A stretch of DNA of 64,000 nucleotides from Bispira polyomma (lineage: Eukaryota): assembly GCA_965649765.1 (NCBI GenBank), contig OZ287749.1:40548001-40612000 (forward strand), in the 5' to 3' direction. The translations under genes were made by a program, and so were the position numbers. Every line of letters begins with the position of its first letter. Within the stretch, counting starts at the first letter, position 1. Shown piece after piece: positions 53,301 to 63,965 of the stretch. The notes beneath the pieces were generated by a model, which ran no database searches, had not been told where the DNA came from, and worked only from the letters and a program-made list of their open reading frames with translations.

Positions 53301-54639
53301 TTGTCATTCGTATTCATCCACAAATGTCACCAGTGCTTTTTTCACTGCCAATCTAATGTTATAATATGAGGACAAGCTTAGACTTAGTCTAAAGATCTAC
53401 AGAGAGATAAAGCTCTAGAGAGTATAGTACCGTGGTAGATATAGGTGTCATCATTACAGTTATAATATGAGAACAAGCTTAGACTTAGTCTAAGGATCTA
53501 TAAAGAGATAAAGCTCTAGAGAGTATAGTACCAGGGTAGATATAGGTGTCAACATAACATTTATAATATGAGAACAAGTTTAATTTTAGTCTCAGAATTT
53601 ATAGAGAGATAAAGCTCTAGAGAGTATAGTACCGGGATAGATATAGGTGTCATCATCACAGTTATAATTTGAGAACAAGCTTAGTTAGACTTAGTCTAAG
53701 GATCTATAGATAGATAAAACTCTAGAGAGTATAGTACCGGAGTAGATATAGGTGTCATCGTCACAGTTATCAATAGAAATGTGTAGTCTCCAGAAGACAT
53801 CAATAAAACTTTACTTACTTTTACAGCACTGAATTGTCTGTGAAAACTTATAGGAGAGAATTTTCCTCTCAATTACTTCATTCTCCCTTCGAGGTGCTGT
53901 ATGCCATTGTGGTGTGGTGTAAATCTTTTTTTTTTATTATTATTCCTTCCAGACAAATGCAATCATTAGCTAACTTTAAGTGTTATTGATTGATTCTGAG
54001 CAGTTTCATTGGTAGTGAGTTGTTCCTAATATCAGTCGTTTTCTTCTGTTTGTAAATCACAAACTAGAATAGAAATGAGCTACTTTGAAGACGGGTTTGA
54101 CATGTGTTTTAACAACCAATTGGGGGAAAAAACAGTAACTACTCGCTAATGCCTTGTTCATATTAAGCTAAATTTTTGAATATTCTACAACTTAAATTCT
54201 GTTACTTTATCTTGCTACATTAGGCTATAGGTACGATAAATCTGTGTGGAAATTGGTAATAAAAAATGTTCATCTTTTATAAGGCCAGAATAGTCGGATC
54301 CAGTTTTCACATTTGATTTAGTGTGTGAATGCTTATTGTACGTCTCTTTATACTTAAGGATCTGTATATTTGGATCTGTAAATAAATATTTGGGCATACA
54401 GGCCCCATTTATTAAGATTTTTCTGGGCCAGTACAGGCATATTGTAATCCGGTCCCCCAAAAGCATATAACTAATGGCTGTGTTTCATCTCTTGTCTTTT
54501 CAGTGACCAGCCCCATGTCGACAATGTCCACGTAGTCAAGCCTTCAAATAAGGACTTGTGTTCCAGTTCCATTTACTATGTGGAAAATCGGCCCCAGATG
54601 CAGCAGTATACAGAAGGTGTTTTAGCAACGGAGGTGTAG
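35300..54639 (+). CDS. Delta: Delta (Notch ligand, DSL family); 10 coding exons: join(35300..35362,35859..36158,39284..39344,43215..43469,45180..45240,47020..47150,49127..49299,49962..50187,50837..51950,54504..54639), 839 aa
   Basis: Manual splicing gives one open frame (63+300+61+255+61+131+173+226+1114+136=2520 nt), all introns GT..AG with phases 0,0,1,1,2,1,0,1,2. Product has MNNL (SGAFELKL...[13 protein letters not shown]...[15 protein letters not shown]), DSL, 9 EGF repeats, TM and terminal ATEV. No vWC/cysteine-rich domain, so Delta rather than Serrate/Jagged. Confidence 0.95.
35859..36158 (+). CDS. Delta: Delta exon 2 (N-terminal C2/MNNL domain)
   Basis: Acceptor TTTTGCAG|; translates [17 protein letters not shown]...CCSG...[13 protein letters not shown]...[11 protein letters not shown]...FNFAWP; donor CCT|GTGAGT. 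Confidence 0.95.
39000..39173. mobile_element. MITE family A copy in Delta intron 2
   Basis: TA|CAGTAGAACCTCTATTATCCAAAC ... GATAATAGACGTGCTACTATA. More degraded copies lie at ~36376-36570 and ~37820-37948. Confidence 0.75.
39284..39344 (+). CDS. Delta: Delta exon 3 ([20 protein letters not shown])
   Basis: Branch-point-like CTGACTAAC, pyrimidine tract, CAG|; hallmark GTF.LIIEAWH motif; donor AAG|GTAAAT. Not in the ORF track in this frame. Confidence 0.95.
40228..40428 (+). mobile_element. tRNA-derived SINE (Delta intron 3)
   Basis: A box TGGCCTAGTGG (40238-40248), B box GAGTTCAATTC (40285-40295); the body aligns with the reverse complement of 12380-12566. Confidence 0.75.
43215..43469 (+). 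CDS. Delta: Delta exon 4 (end of C2 domain + DSL domain)
   Basis: [24 protein letters not shown]...[51 protein letters not shown]; donor AAAG|GTAGTT. Confidence 0.95.
43465..43590 (+). repeat. 32-bp tandem repeat x4 that includes the exon 4 splice donor
   Basis: Unit CAAAG|GTAGTTATATATACATTGTATACACAA at 43465, 43497, 43529, 43561. Confidence 0.95.
44923..45124. repeat. Palindromic CCTAGG-unit array bounded by a 12-bp perfect inverted repeat (foldback/MITE-like)
   Basis: AATGCATATATA (44923-44934) / TATATATGCATT (45113-45124) enclose ~6 GCCTAGGC-like palindromes spaced 21-30 bp apart. Confidence 0.65.
45180..45240 (+). CDS. Delta: Delta exon 5 (first part of EGF1)
   Basis: [20 protein letters not shown](K); acceptor TTCCAG|, donor |GTAAGT; candidate branch point TACTGAC at 45125-45131. 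Confidence 0.95.
46913..47055 (+). repeat. Tandem duplication (68 bp identical, 75-bp period) spanning the exon 6 acceptor
   Basis: TGTACTATATTCTGATTGTTTGTTTGTTACAG|GTGTAACCTTGGTTACCAGGGCACTCAGTGTGACCA at 46913 and 46988. Confidence 0.95.
47020..47150 (+). CDS. Delta: Delta exon 6 (end of EGF1 + EGF2)
   Basis: [43 protein letters not shown]; acceptor TTACAG|, donor AAG|GTAACT. Confidence 0.93.
48848..49021. mobile_element. MITE family A copy in Delta intron 6
   Basis: TA|CAGTAGAACCTCTATTATCCAAAC; the right TIR is degenerate (...GTTTTGCTG|TA). Confidence 0.7.
49127..49299 (+). CDS. Delta: Delta exon 7 (EGF3 + start of EGF4)
   Basis: [58 protein letters not shown]; TTCCAG| ... ATG|GTAAGT. 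Confidence 0.95.
49962..50187 (+). CDS. Delta: Delta exon 8 (EGF4 end, EGF5, start of EGF6)
   Basis: [22 protein letters not shown]...[12 protein letters not shown]; TTTCAG| ... ACA|GTAAGT. Confidence 0.93.
50190..50400 (+). repeat. 23-24-bp minisatellite x9 starting inside the exon 8 donor
   Basis: Unit AAGTACAATTCTTTGGATTAGTC; copies 4-6 and 7-9 form a ~71-bp higher-order repeat. Confidence 0.95.
50837..51950 (+). CDS. Delta: Delta exon 9 (EGF6-9, stalk, TM, most of intracellular domain)
   Basis: EGF repeats with Ca-binding-type consensus, Thr-rich linker, [25 protein letters not shown] (~51433-51501) followed by RRRRKR; donor AAG|GTAAAT. Confidence 0.95.
52596..52723. mobile_element. MITE family A copy in Delta intron 9
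   Basis: AGAACCTCTATTA ... ACATGTTCAGATAATAGAGGTTCCAC. Confidence 0.65.
53358..53770. repeat. ~101-bp tandem repeat x4 in Delta intron 9
   Basis: Units start at 53358, 53459, 53560, 53661 (GTTATAATATGAGAACAAGCTTAGACTTAGTCTAA...GATATAGGTGTCA). Confidence 0.95.
54504..54639 (+). CDS. Delta: Delta exon 10 (C-terminus ...[10 protein letters not shown])
   Basis: Acceptor CTTTTCAG|, phase 2 fits exon 9; [48 protein letters not shown], ending in the ATEV PDZ-binding motif known from vertebrate DLL1/DLL4. Confidence 0.92.
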
Positions 54640-54829
54640 TCTTCTCCTGTCTGAGCAGCTTACAGTTTCTATTTTAAAACAAAAAAAATGTGTCCACAAT
54701 GGTTTGAAAGTAGTAAATATATTAGATTAGTTTTTACAGAAAAGCGTATGATCTATAATACATAGACTGTTGCAAATGTAGAGTTATTATTTATTTGTAG
54801 TTGTAGATTTGTACAAGTTTTTGGATGTA

Positions 54830-54835
54830 AATAAA
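54830..54835 (+). terminator. First candidate polyadenylation signal AATAAA of Delta
   Basis: ~190 nt after the stop, followed by T/GT-rich sequence. Further AATAAA occur at 55709 and 56291, so the true 3' end is uncertain. Confidence 0.4.
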
Positions 54836-57236
54836 GTTTTTAAGTTAAGCAAGTGCCTTGCTCGCCTTTTTGTATTGCAATGTGTATATATAGTAAAAAC
54901 AATTGGCATAATCATTCAACATATGCATTTATAAAGTCTTTGTAGGTAGCTTTTATTGTGAGGTGAGAAAGTTTAAATTCAAACTTGTTTTAACAAACTT
55001 AACACTTTTTTTGTACATGATATTGATTCTGCTATAAATTTTACCTTAAAAGTTAGACATTGCAGCTAACAAAGTTTGTTTTCGTGTTTCTTAATGCTTC
55101 TTCAGTTGTAATACAGGTTTTTCAACCGTCAAAAAAGCAAAAGATGTACCTACATTTAAAAACTTAAAAACTTATTTACTCCTTTTATTGTGAGGTGGGT
55201 GCGAATAGAATTAAGATCACCATACTTTAGTACAATGTAAAATAATTGGTCTAATGCAACTACAGTTGAACTGTTTTAAGTTAAATCTCAAGGAACTGGG
55301 CGAAATACATTTACTTTACAAGGATTTCTACTAAGGAGTGTAGATATTAACAGAGTCGTCCTTTGTGGGGACTACATACTTTTCTCCAAATATAAGAGAA
55401 GTTGAATTAACAAAGTTCTACTTAAAGCTGTTCAAATGCAGCACAAAAAAACTCTAAACTTTTGGTAAAATGTTTAGAACACATGTTACTCCTATATCTT
55501 GAAGTTAAACTTTCTCATTGTGTCATCAGCATACTGTTGTTTCTTCTGTGCTTGCTACAGCTGTTCTATGGGCTTGGAGCCTGCTAGATTTCTACTGATC
55601 GTAGTTTTATTACACTGGGCACACGCATCCAGTAATATTGTGTGCTTGGTAGCTTTAAGATATGTTCTCAGTATATATATATATGTTTATACATAAAGTC
55701 ATCACTTGAATAAAACATAGCTATGTGTGTGACATTTAGCTACGTAAATCTAAAACTAACACCAACGTAAATCTAAAACTAACACCAAACAAAATTGTTA
55801 TTAAATGTGAAATTTGGTTGTGTGGTACATTTCAAGTACACAGGTTCACATTAAAATTGTAATCAGGACTTGAATGTTTGACCATTAGTTAAATTTGATG
55901 TTTGGTTTATATCTGTGTTATTTATAACTGCAAAATATATTGTCTAATAAGATTACTAGAATGTTAAAATAAACCTCTTTTTATTTTTCGAAAGTGAAAT
56001 AGAAATATTCTTCATGGTAGTCATTGCATGTTAGTATTTATACTAACTTAATAAAAAATTTACATTAGTATTAGTATTTTAGTAAGTTATTGGTTAATTC
56101 TGTAAGTTAAAATATATGAATGTAATTTTTGTTAATAGATTGCATAGTTCTGTTAAAATGCATATATTTATTATATGTTTGTAAAGGCTTTGTTAAGTCA
56201 GTTTCTGGCTATTTATATCTGTTACTTATATATATATAATATATATAGATACTGTATATATAAATGATTGCCTTTTAATGGCTAAGGGGGAATAAAACAA
56301 GTTCCTAGATCTATAAGATATAGGAAACTTTCAAACTGTTTCGAAATACTTATAAAAAGATAGTCATAAATGTTGAACTGAAGATACTTGAAATACTCTA
56401 AATGCATAATAGATAATTGTTCTCTCATTATATTAAAATGTGAATTTATTAGTACCAGTGTGGGTTAGATATGTGGTTTTCAATTAAGCTGTAACTTATT
56501 CCTAATATCAAATACAGTGGTAATTAAATTTTATCTTTGACAAGACCACCACCATTAGGTACACTAAAGATTTGTGATGCCTGGTAAAAAACTTACCAAA
56601 GTACATTTACCACTTTAATAAGACCACTTATCTGGACGGGGAAAAAATTGTAATGAACATTTCCAGAGCTTAGGCGTAGATTTGTAGTAAAATTGTGTGG
56701 AGATAAATCTTTAATTAAAGTTGGGAGAAAAAGTAATACATTGTTAAAGTCAAGGTCATATCCATTGGGTATCGCACTAAAATATCACACATCTCCTGCG
56801 AACATTTCTCAGAAAATGATTGGAAACAGCATCACCAGATAATCAAATAATTCCAAAAAAAGAAGAAAAACTTAAATATTGTACAATATTTTGAAAATTT
56901 GAAATGTTCTTGTAACACTGTCTTATATTGCTTTGTTACTTTATACTACAGGGATAGTTGTATTGCAGTTCAGGTAATGCATTGAAATAAGTCAAAGGTT
57001 AAATAAAAATTACTAAATATCACAATAGCAGAACATACTTATTTTTTGGTTCGCCTGTTACTTAAAACTTTAGGTCATACAAGTTCTGGTTTGCATTTCC
57101 TGAACTGTTAACTTAAGCCACTTAAAATCTAGACAAGATCTCAGAGCTTGACACTGCGAAGTATTAGCCATATGTATCATCAGTTGTACTGTTCTGTGTA
57201 AATCGTTTTACATAACAAACAATATGGACGTAATTA

Positions 57237-57385
57237 TACAGTAGAACCTCTATTGTCCGAACATGTTGAGACAGCTAGATCTTGTTGGAATAATAGAAGG
57301 TTCATCAAATAGAAAATGTCTTTAATATAGAATTGGTAGAATATTTGGATCACAGTAGTTTGGATAAAAAAGAGGTTTTACTGTA
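57237..57385. mobile_element. MITE family A copy
   Basis: TA|CAGTAGAACCTCTATTGTCCGAAC ... GTTTGGATAAAAAAGAGGTTTTACTG|TA. Confidence 0.8.
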
Positions 57386-58284
57386 AAAGAATGTTTTGTA
57401 ACAAGATAAAAATACCCTCAACAAACATTAAAGTTCCTCAAATGAAGTCAAAATACCATATGAACTATTAAGTGACAAATATTTTGTGAATGTAAAAATA
57501 CCTCTCCAAAGTCAAATATTCTCCGAGCTAGAGAGGTTCTTTAATAATCTAACGTGTAGCTTGTTACATATATCCCAACTTTGATAGTAAAACACGATCA
57601 TATATTATTTTACCGTTAGTTTACCACAACCAGCTGCCCATATTTGACCTGCTAGTTGGATGGTGTTCTATTTATGGCCAGTTTTCTCTTGACATCAGAA
57701 ATCCCAACAATGTCATTTTGTAGATATGTCAGTTTTAAACTAGTAATAGATACAGTAAATAAATGAGAACCAGCAAGGCAGCAATTTCTACCTGTATATA
57801 ATATATGGTAACCGGAGGGTTACTATTTGCAGCAGAGAGGGAGTATATATATATATATCTGACATATATGTATATATAGTCTACTCATAGCTATAGAATG
57901 TGGTGGTAAAGTAGCCACATGCCATGTGTTCATTGTTACAAGTAAAGCGGTGTGTGTTTTTTTGTTGTGTATTTAGAAATGTGCCCCATTCTCATACATG
58001 CTGCACTCTCTCGCTTATTATATAATTGGCCTTATATGTAACAGTTGAATGTGTTGATGTACAGCTATCGATTGATAGTTACAAAGGTTATATGTACATG
58101 TGTATGTTAATATCTAGGCTGAAATGCAAAACTGTTTTAATTTGACAAAACAGGTAAACTTAAAAGGTAAAATAAAATACTCCAATTAAACAATATTGCC
58201 TATTTATGAAGTAACGTCAACATGGTTTCAACTGCCACACTTGATGGTTCATTTGTCTCAGATGATCCAATCAATGCCGACATG

Positions 58285-58560
58285 TTTGTTTACTTTAAAT
58301 TTGAAAAAAAAGACAGAAGATAGTTGTGCAGTGTTTAACGAAGCAAATTATTAAAGCTGGTAAGATTTTACCAAATTTGAATAATCATATTTGAGTTGCT
58401 TTGTTTAAAATTTGGACGAAGTCACTAACTGGTTTGTTTGTGTACTTTAAATTTAAAAAAAGGACGAAAATTTGTTCAATAAAGAAAATTATTAAAGCTG
58501 GTAAATTTTTGAATAAGTTAGAATAATCCCACTTGACTTTGCTTTGTTAAAATTTTGACT
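58285..58560. repeat. Diverged ~155-bp direct duplication
   Basis: TACTTTAAATTT...ATTATTAAAGCTGGTAA...AATAATC...TTGCTTTGTT..AAATT occurs twice. Confidence 0.7.
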
Positions 58561-59719
58561 ATGGCACTAAGTAGTATGTTTGAGACCCAGTAAACAATGC
58601 AGTGAGGGCTGAATTAGTGCATTGTCTTAGTTTTGTCTCTAAAGTGTTACTGTGCAATAGTTGTCCAGGTGACAATATTACTAAATACTGTATGGTGCTA
58701 TATAATATTTACATATGTATCAGTATATATATATATATATGCATGTTTTGTAATTTGATAACATTAAAAATTTGGTACAAAACTCACTACGGAAGCTGTT
58801 TGTATACTGGTACTGTACATCACATATCAATGGGGTGAGACTATTATGTTATCTAATTGGATTGTTATGAAAACTACGGATATCTGTTCATCTTGCTATG
58901 GTTTAGAAATTGTTGTGAATATATTTTATAAATATAAAAATTAAACACATATTTGTTTGGACAGAAATGTAATTTAGATCTTTGACGCACCCAAGTTTTT
59001 TGCAATTTTTCTCAACAAATGTGAAATGGACTAGTTTTGCGATTACCCAATAAACCTAAAACTGAAGGTGATTAGTGTGGAATTTTTTAAAACGTCAGTG
59101 TGTTTGTGTATGGGGCACATTTCCCAGAATGCTTATATATATATAAATATATATTTATGTAAATGTAGTCATTTATCATTCTGCCGTTGTGTGGATATGA
59201 ATATATTTGAAAGTCTGTGATCATGAATGTGTACATATTTGTGTAAATTCCAATGTATAAATAACTGTATATATTATTATAATCTGTTATTTCCACAACA
59301 TGATTGATTAAAATAAAAACAAATTTAAGAGTCACAATATTTTAGTTCTAAAGTTTTTGTTACGATCCCCACCCCTCACTGCCAATAGGCCAAGTGGTGT
59401 CCTGTAATCTTGTCATCAGAAGGACCCAGGTTGGATACTACTTAAATCAGAATACTGACAAGGAGGGAGATTAAATGCAAAATACAAGTTTGGTCTGCAA
59501 CATTTGTAATAATACTTGAGGTTTGAAGATAAATCACCCCAAGCTATTTTAATTGGCTCAAGGTCAAATCATTATCAATTCTAGGTCTTGTGTAGTTCTT
59601 CTTCCTACTCATTTGGTCAATATCTGCGACTAGTTTTGGGTTTGGTCTGTTAAACTAACAAAAACAAATTCACCAGTGTCACACACTGACACTAGAAGCA
59701 GCAACTCAATATGTAAAGC

Positions 59720-59835
59720 AACTGGATTAATATTAGGGGTCATGGCCAAACACACGGCCCAACTTGGATTAATATTTGGGTCATGGCTAAACACATGGCA
59801 CAACTGTATTAATATTGGGGTCAATGCCAAACACT
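59720..59835. repeat. Degenerate ~41-bp tandem repeat x3 (ATTAATATTxGGGTCATGGCxAAACAC)
   Basis: Three spaced copies seen directly. Confidence 0.65.
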
Positions 59836-60807
59836 CCGCACACTTGAAAGAAAGGCAGAATTTTGGCGAGTGAAAAAACTGTCGGCAAATTGATCTCATG
59901 GTGCTTACTAAATCTTTCAGGCAGTAGGACTTTGTGTATTAGAATAGAACAGTTTGAAAGAAAGGAGATGTGTTATGTTAGCAATGTTGCAGACTGAGCA
60001 AGTTTGTCAGTGCAATTTTAGGTTGAGAGTGGGAACCTAATATAACCATGTTTTTGTGAGCAAGACTGCTTCTGTCTGGAAGTGGTCTTGGGTTACAGGC
60101 TAATTTGGTAAAGCTATATAATATTGTTGGCAACACCGACTGAGTTGGACCTTAATCCAGGACTTCTCCAGTAACGACTGTGAGGGTGTGGTCACTGCTG
60201 CAAGTACGATTCTATCACAGTAGCTGAAACAGTTCAAACAAACCTGGCTTTATTACACTGTCATTTGTTTCCTTTCCTCTCTGGCATCAACTCCTTATTA
60301 ACCTTCAACACTAGTATCTGGATAATTAAGTGGCTGGACCTTCTTACTTTTATGAATACATACATCCGATTGGTATTATTAAATTTATGCAGATTTTGTT
60401 CTTGGTAGAAAGGGTGGTTCTTGCAATACCTGATGCATCTGTGAGACAGATTTTGGACCAGTATTCATGGTTATCGAGTTGCACGAGTGTAACCTTGTAA
60501 ATTCACAGCAAAATAAAGATGACGTGTCTTCAGTATCTTAACCCTAACTGGCCTTTGGATGCAGTGTGATAAAAGAAAGAAAAAACTAAATTGTACTGGA
60601 ATAAAATTAAAAAAAGGCTCCTACAGTACACCTTGGATACCACTCTCCACCATCGAATAGTTGCATCTTGCTACAACAGGTCTAGGTCATGTTATCCAAC
60701 CTGTAGGCTACTGTTTTTGTATGGGTACTAAATTTTAGTTAAAAAGTTTTTTTTTACAAATAAATGTCATTAGATTTATCTGCCAATACAGTGGAATTGG
60801 TATCGTA

Positions 60808-60975
60808 TATAATCGAACCTCTATTATCCGAACTTCTAATATTTGACTATTCAGTCTTCCAAATTTCCATTTCCCCCATTGATTTATACTAAAATGTCTG
60901 TTATATTTTACGAACATTCTATTATCTGAACAAACTCTTCCTCCCCCAACATGTTCGGATAATAGAGGTTCCATA
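60808..60975. mobile_element. MITE family A copy
   Basis: GAACCTCTATTATCCGAAC ... GTTCGGATAATAGAGGTTC, a perfect 19-bp inverted repeat. Confidence 0.8.
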
Positions 60976-61824
60976 AAGTTCTATATATTCCAACTATTCA
61001 ACTTTTTTTGTTGTTCAAAATTAAATCTTTAAATTTGGGTTTATGAACTAGTATATTCCTTATTTTTGAAGACTGTTTCAATAAAATATGTTCTATTTAA
61101 TTATGGCACGAAGTTGAAGCTATAATTTCCATGTCTTGTGTCAGAGGGATAAAACATCATATAAGACATCATCCATGTTTAATCTTGCATCACTGTAAAC
61201 TCCTTTCATGAATATCATGACAGAAAAAGATTACACAATACAATGTACAGAAAGGGCCCAGATGATCACTTCTGCAGCCTCTGCATGTGGGTGAATGACA
61301 CATTTGTATCAGCTTGTATCAATGCAGACAAAAAACAAACACCACACATATGGAAGTGTCCATGTGTAAAATAAGGTACTATACAAGTTACTTCCAAGCC
61401 GAGTACACCACCACACTGGTAAGACTTTACAAGTGCTGAAAAAGGTCTGTGCCATACCTTGGGTATTGTTGTGGTTTTACTAGGCTCCGGTTTTGCCTTT
61501 ATTAATAATCTACATGTGTTGCATGCACAGACAGAACTCGTGCAGCTGCATGGACATCTTACAGTATTATTTTGAGCCTTGGTACCAAACTATTACTCCT
61601 TTTACTTTAATCAGAAAGTCCAGTATTGAGATGCTACTTTCTGTACTGACATTGTTAAAAAAAATTAAAGTCTAGATTGTTTAGGTGGTATTTGATCTCT
61701 TCAGTCACATGATATGGGACGTTTGTATTCCACATGGTTTGTTATTCACAAATTTGTAGCAGTATACAGGTATATAGTAGATATGTTTATGAAGAGGACA
61801 TTTAGAGACACACCTTTAACCTGT

Positions 61825-62022
61825 GGCCGTATTCTTTAATCATCTCCGTATTTCTGATCAGAGGGAGGACGCACATAAGCAGACTGCATATTTTAATTCA
61901 GCGCCGAAAGTTCTATTAAACTGAATTGTGTCAACAAGTACAGGTTATTTCTATGTACAAGACTTACAAATAGGCCTCACTACTTGAGTTGGGTCTTACG
62001 TTTGCTGTGGGAATACAGGCCC
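61825..62022 (+). mobile_element. MITE with GGCCGTATTC...GAATACAGGCC termini (possibly PIF/Harbinger-type)
   Basis: TIR read directly; an oppositely oriented copy at 63738-63965 shares GACTGCATATTTTAATTCAGCGCCGAAAG. Elements with similar ends start at ~14586 and ~47437. Confidence 0.6.
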
Positions 62023-63119
62023 TGGATTTTTAAAAGGGTTTACTGTATTTCAAATTAGTGAAACTGTAGTTTTATTTAAGTATATCGTCTCAACAATTTT
62101 CCTATTTCAAAAGGCATGCTTCAATTTTTCTGATTTAAGCGGAAATATTACAAAAGTATCTTATTTGGCCTAATATTACAACAAAATAAAATAATATTGT
62201 CGATTCCAAGATGTATGGAGACAAGAAAACAACACTTTCAAGTCATTGCATAAGCTCTTTATTATGATATGAAAAATGCATACATAATTTACAAAGTACA
62301 TGTATAAGACAAAAATCAGTACATTGGACAAATTTGATTGAAATCTGTATAAATGAGACTTTACTGTATAATTATGTACATACCATTAACAAAAGTTGAT
62401 AAAAGTATAGAGCCATGAGGATTCTCTGCAGATAGTGTAGTTAGAAACATGTCAGAACAATAGAGGAGCCAGACAGAGCTCCAGAACACAAACCACACTA
62501 CGTCCTTAACAAGCAAGTTAAACCTTGTTAAGTAGAACATCTAGGCACCACACAAAATATTTCTACTCAGCACGATTTCCAGTTGACAGGGCAAGGTTTA
62601 GTGGAAAAGGTCTGGTTAAGGCCACAAATTCTCTTCTATTCAATAGGGAATTTGACTTATCAGAGTTCTACTTAAAGGGGTTTGACTGTATTTACAAATA
62701 ACTTTATTTACAAAATGCAAACTTAGCCCTTGTACTCATGTATGGACAGTACAAACAGACATAAACATCTAACACAAACAACCACGTTATATACACAAGA
62801 TACAACTTGCAGAGACATAACTAAATATATTACTTTAAATAAATACTTCCTGGATAGTGTGTAGTGCATATGCAGAAAAGAATATCTTAAATGCACACAA
62901 CATCAGATATACAATATTCCGTTCTGGGGAGATTGCACCATCTAATTCTTTTGAAGCCCCAACATTTGATTTAATCGTATTATTACTACATTTCATTTGA
63001 ACATCTATATTTAGATTAAACGTTTTTTTCTGCAGAAACTGTCAGGGCCCATTCTCACCAGGCAGAAAGTTCACCACACATTATGTGGGACATAGGCCCA
63101 AGATTTTGTCATCTGCTAT

Positions 63120-63429
63120 TGTATAGGACCTCCATTACTTGACCATGTTAGGAAAGTGTTCAGATAATAGAAGGTTCATCAAATAGAAGAGCCATTTTAG
63201 TACAGTAGAACCTTGATGATCCGAACATGTTGGGAGAGCAAATAGCAGAAGCATTTCTGTATAAAACAGTGGAAAACATAAAATAAAATCTTTGGATTTT
63301 AGACGTTTGTTTTATAGAGATCTACTGTATTTAAAGCAATAGCAAAATATAAATTTGGGAGAATGACCACAAGTTCATAAAATTGAATATTTGTAAAAAA
63401 AAAGTTTGGATAATAGAGGTTCTACTGTA
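63120..63429. mobile_element. Nested MITE family A copies (inner 63201-63329 inside outer ~63120-63429)
   Basis: Inner TA|CAGTAGAACC...TCTACTG|TA. Outer halves align to the 57237 copy (ATAATAGAAGGTTCATCAAATAGAA) and end GGATAATAGAGGTTCTACTG|TA. Confidence 0.65.
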
Positions 63430-63737
63430 TTTAGTGTAGAGTTTTTAACACTGTAAAACACTGGATGACAAATAGAGATACTATACCTTTGTACTTAAAA
63501 TACTAATCTGTACTGAATATTGTGAGAATGAAAGAGACAATTTCTCTCCAGGACAACATGCTAAAATCTACTAGATCTTGTCCAACATTTTCCTACAACC
63601 CAAAATCCTAATTGAGTAACTGAAATTGTACAATTATAGAGAGGATACTGTGTGACCCAAACTTTCATGCTACCACCTTCTATGGTTTCTAAAATAAACA
63701 CTCCTGACATATCCTTCAATCATTAACACAAGAGCCT

Positions 63738-63965
63738 GGGCCTATATTCTCCAAAGAAACTCGAGCTTACCTCAAATAAAGACTATGTCGAAGTACCTCT
63801 GTACAGAAAGAACCTACTTGAGGCCATATATTTTAGAAGAGCTTTCAGCGCCGAATTCAAATATGCAGTCAGATTTGACATGCCCTCATGCTAGCCCGAA
63901 TTATGGAGGCTTTAAATTCAAGCTTCAGTCTGTGTTGAGCTTAAGAGTATGAGGAGAATACAACC
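63738..63965 (-). mobile_element. Inverted copy of the 61825-62022 MITE
   Basis: CTTTCAGCGCCGAATTCAAATATGCAGTC is the approximate reverse complement of 61882-61910. Confidence 0.55.

Noticed and set aside
35300-54639. Alternative calls Serrate/Jagged or Notch
   Set aside because: Only 9 EGFs, no vWC domain, no LNR or ankyrin repeats; has DSL and ATEV.
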